Origin: Rhynchopus sp. YZ270_cl-10
Taxonomy: Eukaryota
DNA: 64,000 nucleotides
Assembly: GCA_964035575.1 (NCBI GenBank)
Contig: OZ037844.1
Location: 558,001-622,000, forward strand
Reading direction: 5' to 3'
The notes beneath the pieces were generated by a model. The model was not told the DNA's origin. It did no database searches and worked only from the letters and a program-made list of their open reading frames with translations. Positions 43,665 to 53,878 of this stretch are shown here, piece after piece; within the stretch, counting starts at the first letter, position 1, and each line of letters begins with the position of its first letter. Made by a program: the position numbers and the translations under genes.

Positions 43665-46202
43665 TCAGACGATGGATCGAGAAGAACCTGCACCACACGA
43701 TGCCCATGCTTTGATCAACATCTGAACAATAGCGATCGCACCTTTCTCGCTAGCCCTGTGCAGAGGCGAATGCCCATTCTCGTCTTTTGCCTCAATGTCA
43801 GCCCCTGCATCAATGAGCACTTCCACCACATCAGCATGAATATGATGTACCGCCATGTGCAGTGCAGTGCGACCCTTACTACCTCTCTGATTCATGTCCA
43901 CCTCAGGCAAGCGCACAAGATAGCGCACAGTCTCGATACGTCCACAATACGCCGCAAGGATAAGACATGTGGCTCCGTTGTTATCTGTGACACGCACACC
44001 CGCACCTGCTTTGATCAACAGCTGAACAATAGCGATCGCACCTTTCTCGCTAGCCCTGTGCAGAGGTGAACGCCCATTCTCGTCTTTTGCCTCAATGTCA
44101 GCCCCTGCATCAATGAGCACTTCCACCACATCAGCATGAATATGATGTACCGCCATGTGCAGTGCAGTCTGACCCCTACGACCTCTCTGATTCATGTCTA
44201 CCTCAGGAAAGGCCGCAAGATAGCGCACAGTCTTGGTGTGTCCAAAATGTGCTGCAAGTGTAAGACACGTATGTCCTTCGTGGTCTGCGACACACACGTC
44301 AGCACCTGCTTTGAGCAACACCTCCACAACATCGAGACGGCCACAACAGCTCGACTCGATCAGAGGCGAACGTCCCTTGTTGTTCTTTGCCTCAATGTCA
44401 GCCCCTGCATCAATGAGCACCTCCACCACAACTGCATGGTTTTGACCCCCGATTCTCCTAGCTATGGAGAGCAGAGCAGTGGAGCCGTCATTAGCCTTGT
44501 GGTGCACATCCACCTCTGGCAAGCCCACAAGATAGCGCACAGTCTCGGTGTGTCCGTAAACTGCCGCACGGATAAGACATGTGCTTCCGTTGTTGTCTGT
44601 TACACTCACATACGCACCTGCTTTGACCAACACCTTCGCAACATCGAGATTGCCACAAGAGATCGACAGGAGTAGAGGAGAACGTCCACCCCTGGTCTTT
44701 GCCTCCATGTCTGCCCCTCCATCAATAAGCACCTGAATTACTTCTAGTGGCTGTCTACCCTCTCGACATGCCCAGTGTAGCGCAGTGAAGCCGTTGACTG
44801 CACTGTGACGCAAGTCCACATCCTTCAAGCCCACAAGATAGCGCACAGTCTCAGTGTGTCCATGACACGCCGCAAGAGAAAGACACGAAAAATGATTGTC
44901 TGTGACACACACATCCGCACCTGCTTTGACCAACATCTTCACAACATCGAGTGCTCCTGAACGGCAAGACCAGTGCAGAGGAGAACGTCCCATGTCGTCC
45001 TTTGTCTCGATGTCTGCCCCTGCATCAATGAGCACCTGACACACTGCAGGGTCCGCCCACATGGCTGGACAGGATCGGTCTTTCTTGTCCTCCTGCCCGT
45101 GTGGGACAAACGCAACGTTGCTGCAGACTGACTTCCAATGCTGCAAGAGGACCTCCGTGCACGCAGTGTGGTCTGCGTGGATGCACTCACTCAGCAGCAT
45201 CCCGAAGCCCATCTGCGTTGTCTCAACATACGGAAGAAGCAGTGCGAGGCATTCATCGTGGTTCCCTCTGCATGCCTCGTGCACAGAATCGAAGGCAACC
45301 GTTTTGCTGACTGTGTCTGGGCTGAGCTTCTCAAGTCCCGCTCGCACGGCAGTCGTGTCGCCGTTCCTGGCAGCCTCCACCAAGGCGAAGTGGAGCACGT
45401 CCTCTGCCCCTGCAAGCACCGCACGCAGCACAAGAGCTGCCTCCTCATCAACAGGCTTGCCCACAGCACCGCCAGAAAGAAGTGCCTTCACACAGGCAAG
45501 GTGATGTCCAGCAACAGCAGCATCCAGCGCAGTCATCCCATCAACACAGTGTTCGCAGTCTGCACCCTTCGCAACAAGAAACTGCACCACATCCGCATCG
45601 CCACGGCACGCTGCAATGTACAGCGGACGTGCACAGCTCGCGTCGTTCTCACTGTGCACCTCCAGCCCTGCCCCAGACGCGACGAGCAGCTCTGCACTCG
45701 CAAGATCCCCAAGGTGTGCAGCCACACACAACGGCTTGATGCGCCTCCCATTCAGGTCCAGCTTGTGTTCCTTCAGCAGCATCGCAAGCACCTCCACTCG
45801 CTTCAGGTGCAGACAGGTCAGTAGGAGCTCGTCCACATCGACTTCCAAGCAGACACGGGTGTTGTCCGAGCATGACTTCCAATGCTGCAAGAGGACCTCC
45901 GTGCACGCAGTGTGGTCTGCGTGGATGCACTCACTCAGCAGGATCCCAAAGCCGTTCGTTCGGTCAACGTAGTGGGGAAGAAGCCGTGCGAGGTCTTCAT
46001 CTTCGTTCCCTCTGCATGCCTCGTGCACAGCATCGAAGGACACCGTTTTGCTGTCTGTGTCTGGGCTGAGCTTCTCAAGTCCCACCCGCACGGCAGTCGT
46101 GTCGCCGTTCCTGGCAGCCTCCACCAAGACCTCGTCTGCAGAAAGCTTTCTTCTCTTTGGTGCCTTCTCGTCAGGTGTGCTGTCTGCGTGTCGCTTCGAC
46201 AT
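43665..46202 (-). CDS. Ankyrin-repeat protein, array member 5 (845 aa; duplicated N-terminal module, aberrant C-terminus)
   Basis: Two copies of the VEAARNGDTTAV...LLQHWKS module separated by extra ankyrins. Recent 300-bp internal tandem duplication (about 43720-44320). The terminal VVQVLL cap is out of frame. Confidence 0.88.
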   Translation of the reverse strand: MSKRHADSTPDEKAPKRRKLSADEVLVEAARNGDTTAVRVGLEKLSPDTDSKTVSFDAVHEACRGNEDEDLARLLPHYVDRTNGFGILLSECIHADHTACTEVLLQHWKSCSDNTRVCLEVDVDELLLTCLHLKRVEVLAMLLKEHKLDLNGRRIKPLCVAAHLGDLASAELLVASGAGLEVHSENDASCARPLYIAACRGDADVVQFLVAKGADCEHCVDGMTALDAAVAGHHLACVKALLSGGAVGKPVDEEAALVLRAVLAGAEDVLHFALVEAARNGDTTAVRAGLEKLSPDTVSKTVAFDSVHEACRGNHDECLALLLPYVETTQMGFGMLLSECIHADHTACTEVLLQHWKSVCSNVAFVPHGQEDKKDRSCPAMWADPAVCQVLIDAGADIETKDDMGRSPLHWSCRSGALDVVKMLVKAGADVCVTDNHFSCLSLAACHGHTETVRYLVGLKDVDLRHSAVNGFTALHWACREGRQPLEVIQVLIDGGADMEAKTRGGRSPLLLSISCGNLDVAKVLVKAGAYVSVTDNNGSTCLIRAAVYGHTETVRYLVGLPEVDVHHKANDGSTALLSIARRIGGQNHAVVVEVLIDAGADIEAKNNKGRSPLIESSCCGRLDVVEVLLKAGADVCVADHEGHTCLTLAAHFGHTKTVRYLAAFPEVDMNQRGRRGQTALHMAVHHIHADVVEVLIDAGADIEAKDENGRSPLHRASEKGAIAIVQLLIKAGAGVRVTDNNGATCLILAAYCGRIETVRYLVRLPEVDMNQRGSKGRTALHMAVHHIHADVVEVLIDAGADIEAKDENGHSPLHRASEKGAIAIVQMLIKAWASCGAGSSRSIV

Positions 46203-46876
46203 GGTTTGTGAAGATGTTGATATTCAATGTTGTGTCTTTTATGCTGTTTCTTTTTGTGGAGGTTGTGAGGTGAGTGGTGGGTGTCCCTGAACTGCCTCCC
46301 ACCCCTGACAAGCACAACCCACAGTGGAAACGGGTTGTGTGGAAGTCACCCTCCTGAGGGTGGTGGTGGGAATCTATCTGCCTTGAGACGAGGAGGTGAG
46401 GGAGGGCTGTAAGATAAAATCACCACCCAGTCTTGTTCATGTTCATGTATATGCGTACCCTAACCCTCCATCAAAAAAATAAGTTTACGTACGGTGCAGA
46501 GGAGAAAACACACGCAGTATTGTTAGAACTGTTTTATCTGAAGCAGACCCCAGCAATATGCAAAAGCTGCTCAAACAACACTTACAGAGAGGACGCACAA
46601 TACACAGCGCTGCATGAGGGAAGGTGAAAGAGATGCACATGCAGGGCGCTTCGCATGCAGACTGTGTCTCGCGTCTCACCCTCGTTGAGTCCTCAGAGAC
46701 ACGTCAGATCTCAGGGACGAGTTGTGGAAGTGCTCGTACCCCATACTGCCGTCGACGCTGTCCCGATGATTTCTGGACCAATGCGCATTAGGCAGGCTTG
46801 CTTGCACCTTCGACTGAGCTGGTGGCAACCTTCCTCTGAAGTCTGTTCACCAAATGTGGTCGACGCGTCCACAGCA

Positions 46877-49260
46877 TCATTCTTCTGCACCGTGCTTGAG
46901 GAGAACCTGCTCCACATCTGTATGTTGTTTCTGCCTCGCATGGCGCAACGCAGTGTGGCCTGCAATATTTCTGTAATTGACGTCCACCTCAGTCAAGCCA
47001 ACAAGATAGCGCACAGTCTCGGTGTGTCCAAAATGTGACGCCAACGAAAGACACGCGTCTCCTTGGTTGTCCGCGCCACGCACATCCGCACCTGCTTCGA
47101 CTAACATCTGCACAATTTCGAGTTTCCCAGCCTTGCAAGCACAGTGAAGCAGTGTGCGTCCCTTGACATCCTTCACCTCTACGTCTGCCCCTACGTCAAT
47201 GAGCACCTTCACCACATCTGCGCGCTTCTTAAACACTGCACGGTTCAGTGACGTGGCACCCCTGTCATTTGACTGATTCACATCCACCTCAGGCATGCAC
47301 AGAAGACTACGCACAGTCTCGGTGTGTCCACAAGCAGCCGCAAGGGTAAGACATGTGTGTCCTTTGATGTCTGTGACACTCACGTTCGCACCTCCTTTGA
47401 CCAACATCTTCACAGTGTCCAGTGCCCCAGTGCGACTGGCCCTGAGCAGAGGCGAATATCCCACCGCATCCTTTACCTCGATGTCTGCACCTGCGTCAAT
47501 GAGCACCTGAACTACTTCAGGATAGTTTTCTTGACCTGCCCAGTGCAACGAAGTCAAGTCACCTGCGCGATTCACGTCCACCTCAGGCAAGCCCACAATA
47601 TAGCGTACAGAAGAGTACGCACAGTTTCGGTGTGTCCTAAAGATGCCGCAATGCTAAGACACGTGTGTCCACTGTTGTCTGTGAGACTCACGTCCGCACC
47701 TGCTTTGACCAACATCTTCACAGTGTCGAGAGACGCATCCTTGCTGGCTCTGAGCAGAGGCGAAAATCCCTCCTCGTCTATTGTGTCGATGTTTGCACCT
47801 GCATCAATGAGCACCTCCACTACATCGGGGTGGTTTTGTTGACCTGCCCAGTGCAACGAAGTCCAGTCATCACCTGCGTGATTCACGTCCACCTCAGGAA
47901 AACTCACAAGATAGCGCACAGTTTCGGTGTGTCCAAAATATGCCGCAAGGGTAAGACACGTATGTCCTTTGTTGTCTGTGGCACTCACATCCGCACCTGC
48001 TTTGAGCAACATCTTGACAGTGTCTGTTGCTCCTTCGTTGCTTGCAAAGAGCAGAGGCGAAAATCCCTTCTCGTCCTTTGTCTCGATGTCTGCACCTGCA
48101 TCAATGAGCACCTGACACACTGCAGGGTCCGCCCACATGGCTGGACAGGGTCGGTCTTCTCTGTACTCCTGCCCGTGTGGGACAAACGCAACGTTGCTGC
48201 AGAATGACTTCCAATGCTGCAAGAGGACCTCCGTGCACGCAGTGTGGTCTGCGTGGATGCACTCACTCAGCAGCATCCCGAAGCCCATCTGCGTTGTCTC
48301 AACATACGGAAGAAGCAGTGCGAGGCATTCATCGTGGTTCCCTCTGCATGCCTCGTGCACAGCATCGAAGGCAACCTTTTTGCTGTCTGTGTCTGGGCTG
48401 AGCTTCTCAAGTGCCGCACGCACGGCAGTCGTGTCGCCGTTCTTGGCAGCAACCGAGGCGAAGGCCCCTGTAAGCACCGCACGCAGCACAAGAGCTGCCT
48501 CCTCATCAACAGGCTTGCCCACAGCACCGCCAGAAAGAAGTGCCTTCACACAGGCAAGGTGATGTCCAGCAACAGCAGCATCCAGCGCAGTCATCCCATC
48601 AACACAGTGTTCGCAGTCTGCACCCTTCGCAACAAGAAACTGCACCACATCCGCATCGCCACGGCACGCTGCAATGTACAGCGGACGTGCACAGCTCGCG
48701 TCGTTCTCACTGTGCACCTCCAGCCCTGCCCCAGACGCGACGAGCAGCTCTGCACTCGCAAGATCCCCAAGGTGTGCAGCCACACACAACGGCTTGATGC
48801 GCCTCCCATTCAGGTCCAGCTTGTGTTCCTTCAGCAGCATCGAAAGCACCTCCACTCGCTTCAGGTGCAGACAGGTCAGCAGGAGCTCGTCCACATCGAC
48901 TTCCAAGCAGACACGGGTGTTGTCCGAGCATGACTTCCAATGCTGCAAGAGGACCTCCGTGCACGCAGTGTGGTCTGCGTGGATGCACTCACTCAGCAGG
49001 ATCCCAAAGCCGTTCGTTCGGTCAACGTAGAGGGGAAGAAGCCGTGCGAGGTCTTTATCGTGGTTCCCTTTGCATGCCTCGTGCACAGCATCGAAGGAAA
49101 CCGTTTTGCTGACTGTGTCTGGGCTGAGCTTCTCAAGTCCCGCCCGCACGGCAGTCGTGTCGCCGTTCCTGGCAGCCTCCACCAAGACCGAGTCTGCAGA
49201 AAGCTTTCTTCTCTTTGGCGCCTTCTCGTCAGGTGTGCTGTCTGCGTGTCGCTTCGACAT
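46877..49260 (-). pseudogene. Ankyrin-repeat array member 6, frameshifted by a 14-nt junction insertion at about 47607-47620
   Basis: ORFs 47572-49260 and 46877-47596 join in frame if GCGTACTCTTCTGT (minus strand) is removed. Confidence 0.85.
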
Positions 49261-50042
49261 GGTTTGTGAAGATGTTGATATTCAATGTTGTGTCTTTTAT
49301 GCTGTTTCTTTTTGTGGAGGTTGTGAGGTGAGTGGTGGGTGTCCCTGAACTGCCTCCAACCCCTGACAAGCACAACCCACAGTGGAAACGGGTTGTGTGG
49401 AAGTCACCCTCCTGAGGGTGGTGGTGGGAATCCATCTGCCTTGAGACGAGGAGGTGAGGGAGGGGGTCTGTAAGATAAAAACATCACCCAGTCTTGTTCA
49501 TGTTCATAATGTATTTGCGTACCCTAACCCTCCATCAAAGAAATAAGTTTACGTACGGTGCAGAGGAGGAAACACACGCAGTATTGTTAGAACTATTTCA
49601 TCTGAAGCAGACCCCAGCAATATGCAAAAGCTGCTCAAACAACACTTACAGAGAGGACGCACAATACACAGCATTGCATGAGGGAAGGTGAAAGAGATGC
49701 GGTGCACGCAGGCCTCATTCACTGTGCTCACAGCCTCACAACAAAAGCAAAGCTCTCATTACGACGCTACACTGCTACTGTATTGCAGTACGACAGAGAT
49801 GCACATGCAGGGCGCTTCGCATGCAGACTGTGTCTCGCGTCTCACCCTCGTTGAGTCCTCAGAGACACGTCAGATGTCAGGGACGAGTAGTGGAAGTGCT
49901 CGTACCCCATACTGCCGTCGACGCTGGCCCGATGATTTCTGGACCAATGCGCATTAGGCAGGCTTGCTTGCACCTTCGACTGAGCTGGTGTCAACCTTCC
50001 TCTGAAGACTGTTCACCAAATGTGGTCGACGCGTCCACAGCA

Positions 50043-51394
50043 TCATTCTTCTGCACCGTGCTTGAGGAGAACCTGCTCCACATCTGTATGTTGTTTCTGC
50101 CTCGCATGGCGCAACGCAGTGTGGCCTGCAATATTTCTGTAATTGACGTCCACCTCAGGCAAGCCAACAAGATAGCGCACAGTCTCGGTGTGTCCAAAAT
50201 GTGCCGCCAACGAAAGACACGCGTCTCCTTGGTTGTCCGCGCCACGCACATCCGCACCTGCTTCGACTAACATCTGATCACAATTTCGAGTTTCCCAGCC
50301 TTGCAAGCACAGTGAAGCAGTGTGCGTCCCTTGACATCCTTCACCTCTACGTCTGCCCCCACTTCAATGAGCACCTGCACCACATCTGCGCGCTTCTTAA
50401 ACACTGCACGGTTCAGTGACGTGGCGCCCATGTCATTTGACTGATTCACATCCACCTCAGGCATGCACAGAAGAGCACGCACAGTCTCGATGTGTCCATA
50501 ACATGCCGCAAGGATAAGACATGTGTCTCCATCGTTGTCTGTGAGACTCACGTCCGCACCTGCTTTGACCAACATCTTCACAGTGTCGAGAGACGCATCC
50601 TTGCTGGCTCTGAGCAGAGGCGAAAATCCCTCCTCGTCTATTGTGTCGATGTTTGCACCTGCATCAATGAGCACCTCCACTACATCGGGGTGGTTTTGTT
50701 GACCTGCCCAGTGCAACGAAGTCCAGTCATCACCTGCGTGATTCACGTCCACCTCAGGAAAACTCACAAGATAGCGCACAGTTTCGGTGTGTCCAAAATA
50801 TGCCGCAAGGGTAAGACACGTATGTCCTTTGTTGTCTGTGGCACTCACATCCGCACCTGCTTTGAGCAACATCTTGGCAGTGTCTGTTGCTCCTTCGTTG
50901 CTTGCAAAGAGCAGAGGCGAAAATCCCTTCTCGTCCTTTGTCTCGATGTCTGCACCTGCATCAATGAGCACCTGACACACTGCAGGGTCCGCCCACATGG
51001 CTGGACAGGGTCGGTCTTCTCTGTACTCCTGCCCGTGTGGGACAAACGCAACGTTGCTGCAGACTGACTTCCAATGCTGCAAGAGGACCTCCGTGCACGC
51101 AGTGTGGTCTGCGTGGACGCACTCACTCAGCAGCATCCCGAAGCCCATCTGCGTTGTCTCAACATACGGAAGAAGCAGTGCGAGGCATTCATCGTGGTTC
51201 CCTCTGCATGCCTCGTGCACAGCATCGAAGGCAACCGTTTTGCTATCTGTGTCTGGGCTGAGCTTCTCAAGTCCCGCCCGCACGGCAGTCGTGTCGCCGT
51301 TCCTGGCAGCCTCCACCAAGACTTCGTCTGCAGAAAGCTTTCTTCTCTTTGGTGCCTTCTCGTCGGGTGTGCTGTCTGCGTGTCGCTTCGACAT
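50043..51394 (-). pseudogene. Ankyrin-repeat array member 7, frameshifted by a 2-bp insertion at 50277-50278
   Basis: CATCTGATCACAATT versus CATCTGCACAATT in the paralogues (e.g. about 47105). ORFs 50267-51394 and 50043-50306. A sequencing error cannot be excluded. Confidence 0.8.
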
Positions 51395-51759
51395 GGTTTG
51401 TGAAGATGTTGATATTCAATGTTGTGTCTTTTATGCTGTTTCTTTTTTGTGGAGGTTGTGAGGTGAGTGGTGGGTGTCCCTGAACTGCCTCCCACCTGAC
51501 AAGCACAACCCACAGTGGAAACGGGTGGTGTGGAAGTCTCCCTCCTGAGGGTGGTGGTGGGAATCTATCTGCCTTGAGACGAGGAGGTGAGGGAGGGGGT
51601 CTGTAAGATAAAAATATCACCCAGTCTTGTTCATGTTCATAATGTATTTGCGTACCCCAACCCTCCATCAGGTGTTGTGTTGTTCTCATATCGCCAATAC
51701 TGCCGCTTCGCAGCAGACTGTGTCTTGCGTCTCACCCTCGTTGAGTGTTCTCGCAGCTG

Positions 51760-52000
51760 CACCGGAAAGACATGTGTCTCCTTGGTTGTGTGTGACACAC
51801 ACTCCCGCACCTGCTTCGACCAACACCTCCACAACCCGGAGATGCCCAAGCTTGCTCGCCATTGCACCTCCATTGTTATTATTTGCCTCCATGTCAGCCC
51901 CTGCACCAATGAGCACCTCCACCACATCAGCATGGTTTAGCTCTACCGCACAGCACAAAGCAGACACGTAGTCCTGCACAGCATCGAAGGCAACTGTTTG
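51760..52000 (-). pseudogene. Chimeric ankyrin gene fragment
   Basis: TVAFDAVQD fused to HADVVEVLIGAGADMEANN and SKLGHLRVVEVLVEAGAGVCVTHNQGDTCL. No family start or terminal cap. Confidence 0.75.
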
Positions 52001-52225
52001 TCCTCTTATGGTATTCTGTGATTCAGGAAAGAGGTTTGCATCAACAGTACTGAGAAGACCCCACCCCACCACCCTGCCAGTTGCACTCACTCATACATCC
52101 AAACGTACCCATCCACAAGAAGGTGTTGGCTGCCGCACCCAAGATGGATGCTTCAGCTCAAGAGCCGACACTCAACGTAGCCAACACCACTTGCGATGTC
52201 CACCTGCCGCATCCCCTCCCCCGTT

Positions 52226-53878
52226 TCACAAGGATGTATGCTCGCAGAGGAATTTAACTACACCTTTATGTCCTTTGCGTTTTGCAATTTGCAACGCAGT
52301 GTAGCCACGTTGATTGGCGTGGTTCACATCCACCTCCGGTAAGGACGTAAGATAGCGCACAGTCTCGATGTGTCCAAAAACAGCCGCAACGATCAGACAC
52401 GTGTCTCCTTTGTTGTCTGTGACACACACTCCTGCACCTGCTTCCACCAACATCTTCACAATATCGAGATGCCCTGACATGCTAGCCAGGAGCAGAGGTG
52501 AACGTCCATTCTCGTTCGTCACATCAATATCGGCCCCTGCATCAATGAGCACCTCCACCACATCTGCACGTTTTCCCAGAACTGCACGGCTCAACGCAGT
52601 GGCGCCCGTGTTGTCAACGTGCTTCAAATCCACCTCAGGCATGCATAGAAGAGTACGCACAGTCTCGGTGTGTCCATGATGTGCCGCAAGGCTAAGACAT
52701 ATGGCTCCTCTGTTGTCTGTGACACACACTCCCGCACCTGCTCTGACCAACACCTTCACAACATCGAGTGCTCCTGACATGCTAGCGTTGAGAAGAGGGG
52801 AATGCCCCTTGTCGTTCTTTGCCTCGATGTCTGCCCCTCCTTCAAGGAGCACCTTAACTGCTTCAGGACAGTTATATCGACCTACCCAGTGCAGCACAGT
52901 GTAGCCATGTTGACCTGAGTGATTCACGTCCACCCCCTTCAAGCCAACAAGATAACGCACAGTCTCAGGGTGTTTATAGACAGACGCAAGCATAAGACAT
53001 GTGGCTTTGTAGTTGTCGATGACACACACGTCAGCACCTGCCCTGGCCAACACCTTCACAACATCGAGATTCCCCAACTTGCTTGCCGCAAGGAGTGGCG
53101 ACCGGCCGTCACTATTCTTGGCCTCGATATCGGCCCCTGCATCAATGAGAACCGTCATCGTATCTGCACGGTTTTTACGAGCTGCGGAGAGCACTGCAGT
53201 GTTGCCGTCATCGGCTCTGTGATTCACGCCCACCTCCGGCAAGCCAACAAGATAGCGCACAGTCTCGGTGTGTCCAAAATACGCCGCAAGGGTAAGACAT
53301 GTGTGTCCAGCACGGTCTCTGGAACGTAATCTCGCACCTTCCTGTACCAACATCTTCACAGCTGAGAGTTCACCTTTAGCGCTACAACTGATCAGAGGTG
53401 TCCACCATGAGTCCTTGTCCTTTGTCTCGATGTCTGCCCCTGCATCAATGAGCACCTGACACACTGCAGGGTCCGCCCACATGGCTGGACAGGGTCGGTC
53501 TTTCTTGCCCCCCTTCCCGTGTGGGACAAACGCAACGTTGCTGCAGAATGACTTCCAATGCTGCAAGAGGACCTCCGTGCACGCAGTGTGATCTGCGTGG
53601 ATGCACTCACTCAGCAGCATCCCGAAGCCCATCTGCGTTGTCTCAACATACGGAAGAAGCAGTGCGAGGCATTCATCGTGGTTCCCTCTGCATGCCTCGT
53701 GCACAGCATCGAAGGACACCTTTTTGCTATCTGTGTCTGGGCTGAGCTTCTCAAGTCCCACCCGCACGGCAGTCGTGTCGCCGTTCCTGGCAGCCTCCAC
53801 CAAGACCTTGTGTGCAGTAGTTTTTCTTCTCTTTGGTGCCTTCTCGTCAGGTGTGCTGTCTGCGTGTCGCTTCGACAT
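52226..53878 (-). CDS. Ankyrin-repeat protein, array member 8 (550 aa)
   Basis: Shared N-terminus with PKRRK, four 3-ankyrin modules, and a divergent C-cap (FLCEHTSL). Confidence 0.92.
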   Translation of the reverse strand: MSKRHADSTPDEKAPKRRKTTAHKVLVEAARNGDTTAVRVGLEKLSPDTDSKKVSFDAVHEACRGNHDECLALLLPYVETTQMGFGMLLSECIHADHTACTEVLLQHWKSFCSNVAFVPHGKGGKKDRPCPAMWADPAVCQVLIDAGADIETKDKDSWWTPLISCSAKGELSAVKMLVQEGARLRSRDRAGHTCLTLAAYFGHTETVRYLVGLPEVGVNHRADDGNTAVLSAARKNRADTMTVLIDAGADIEAKNSDGRSPLLAASKLGNLDVVKVLARAGADVCVIDNYKATCLMLASVYKHPETVRYLVGLKGVDVNHSGQHGYTVLHWVGRYNCPEAVKVLLEGGADIEAKNDKGHSPLLNASMSGALDVVKVLVRAGAGVCVTDNRGAICLSLAAHHGHTETVRTLLCMPEVDLKHVDNTGATALSRAVLGKRADVVEVLIDAGADIDVTNENGRSPLLLASMSGHLDIVKMLVEAGAGVCVTDNKGDTCLIVAAVFGHIETVRYLTSLPEVDVNHANQRGYTALQIAKRKGHKGVVKFLCEHTSL

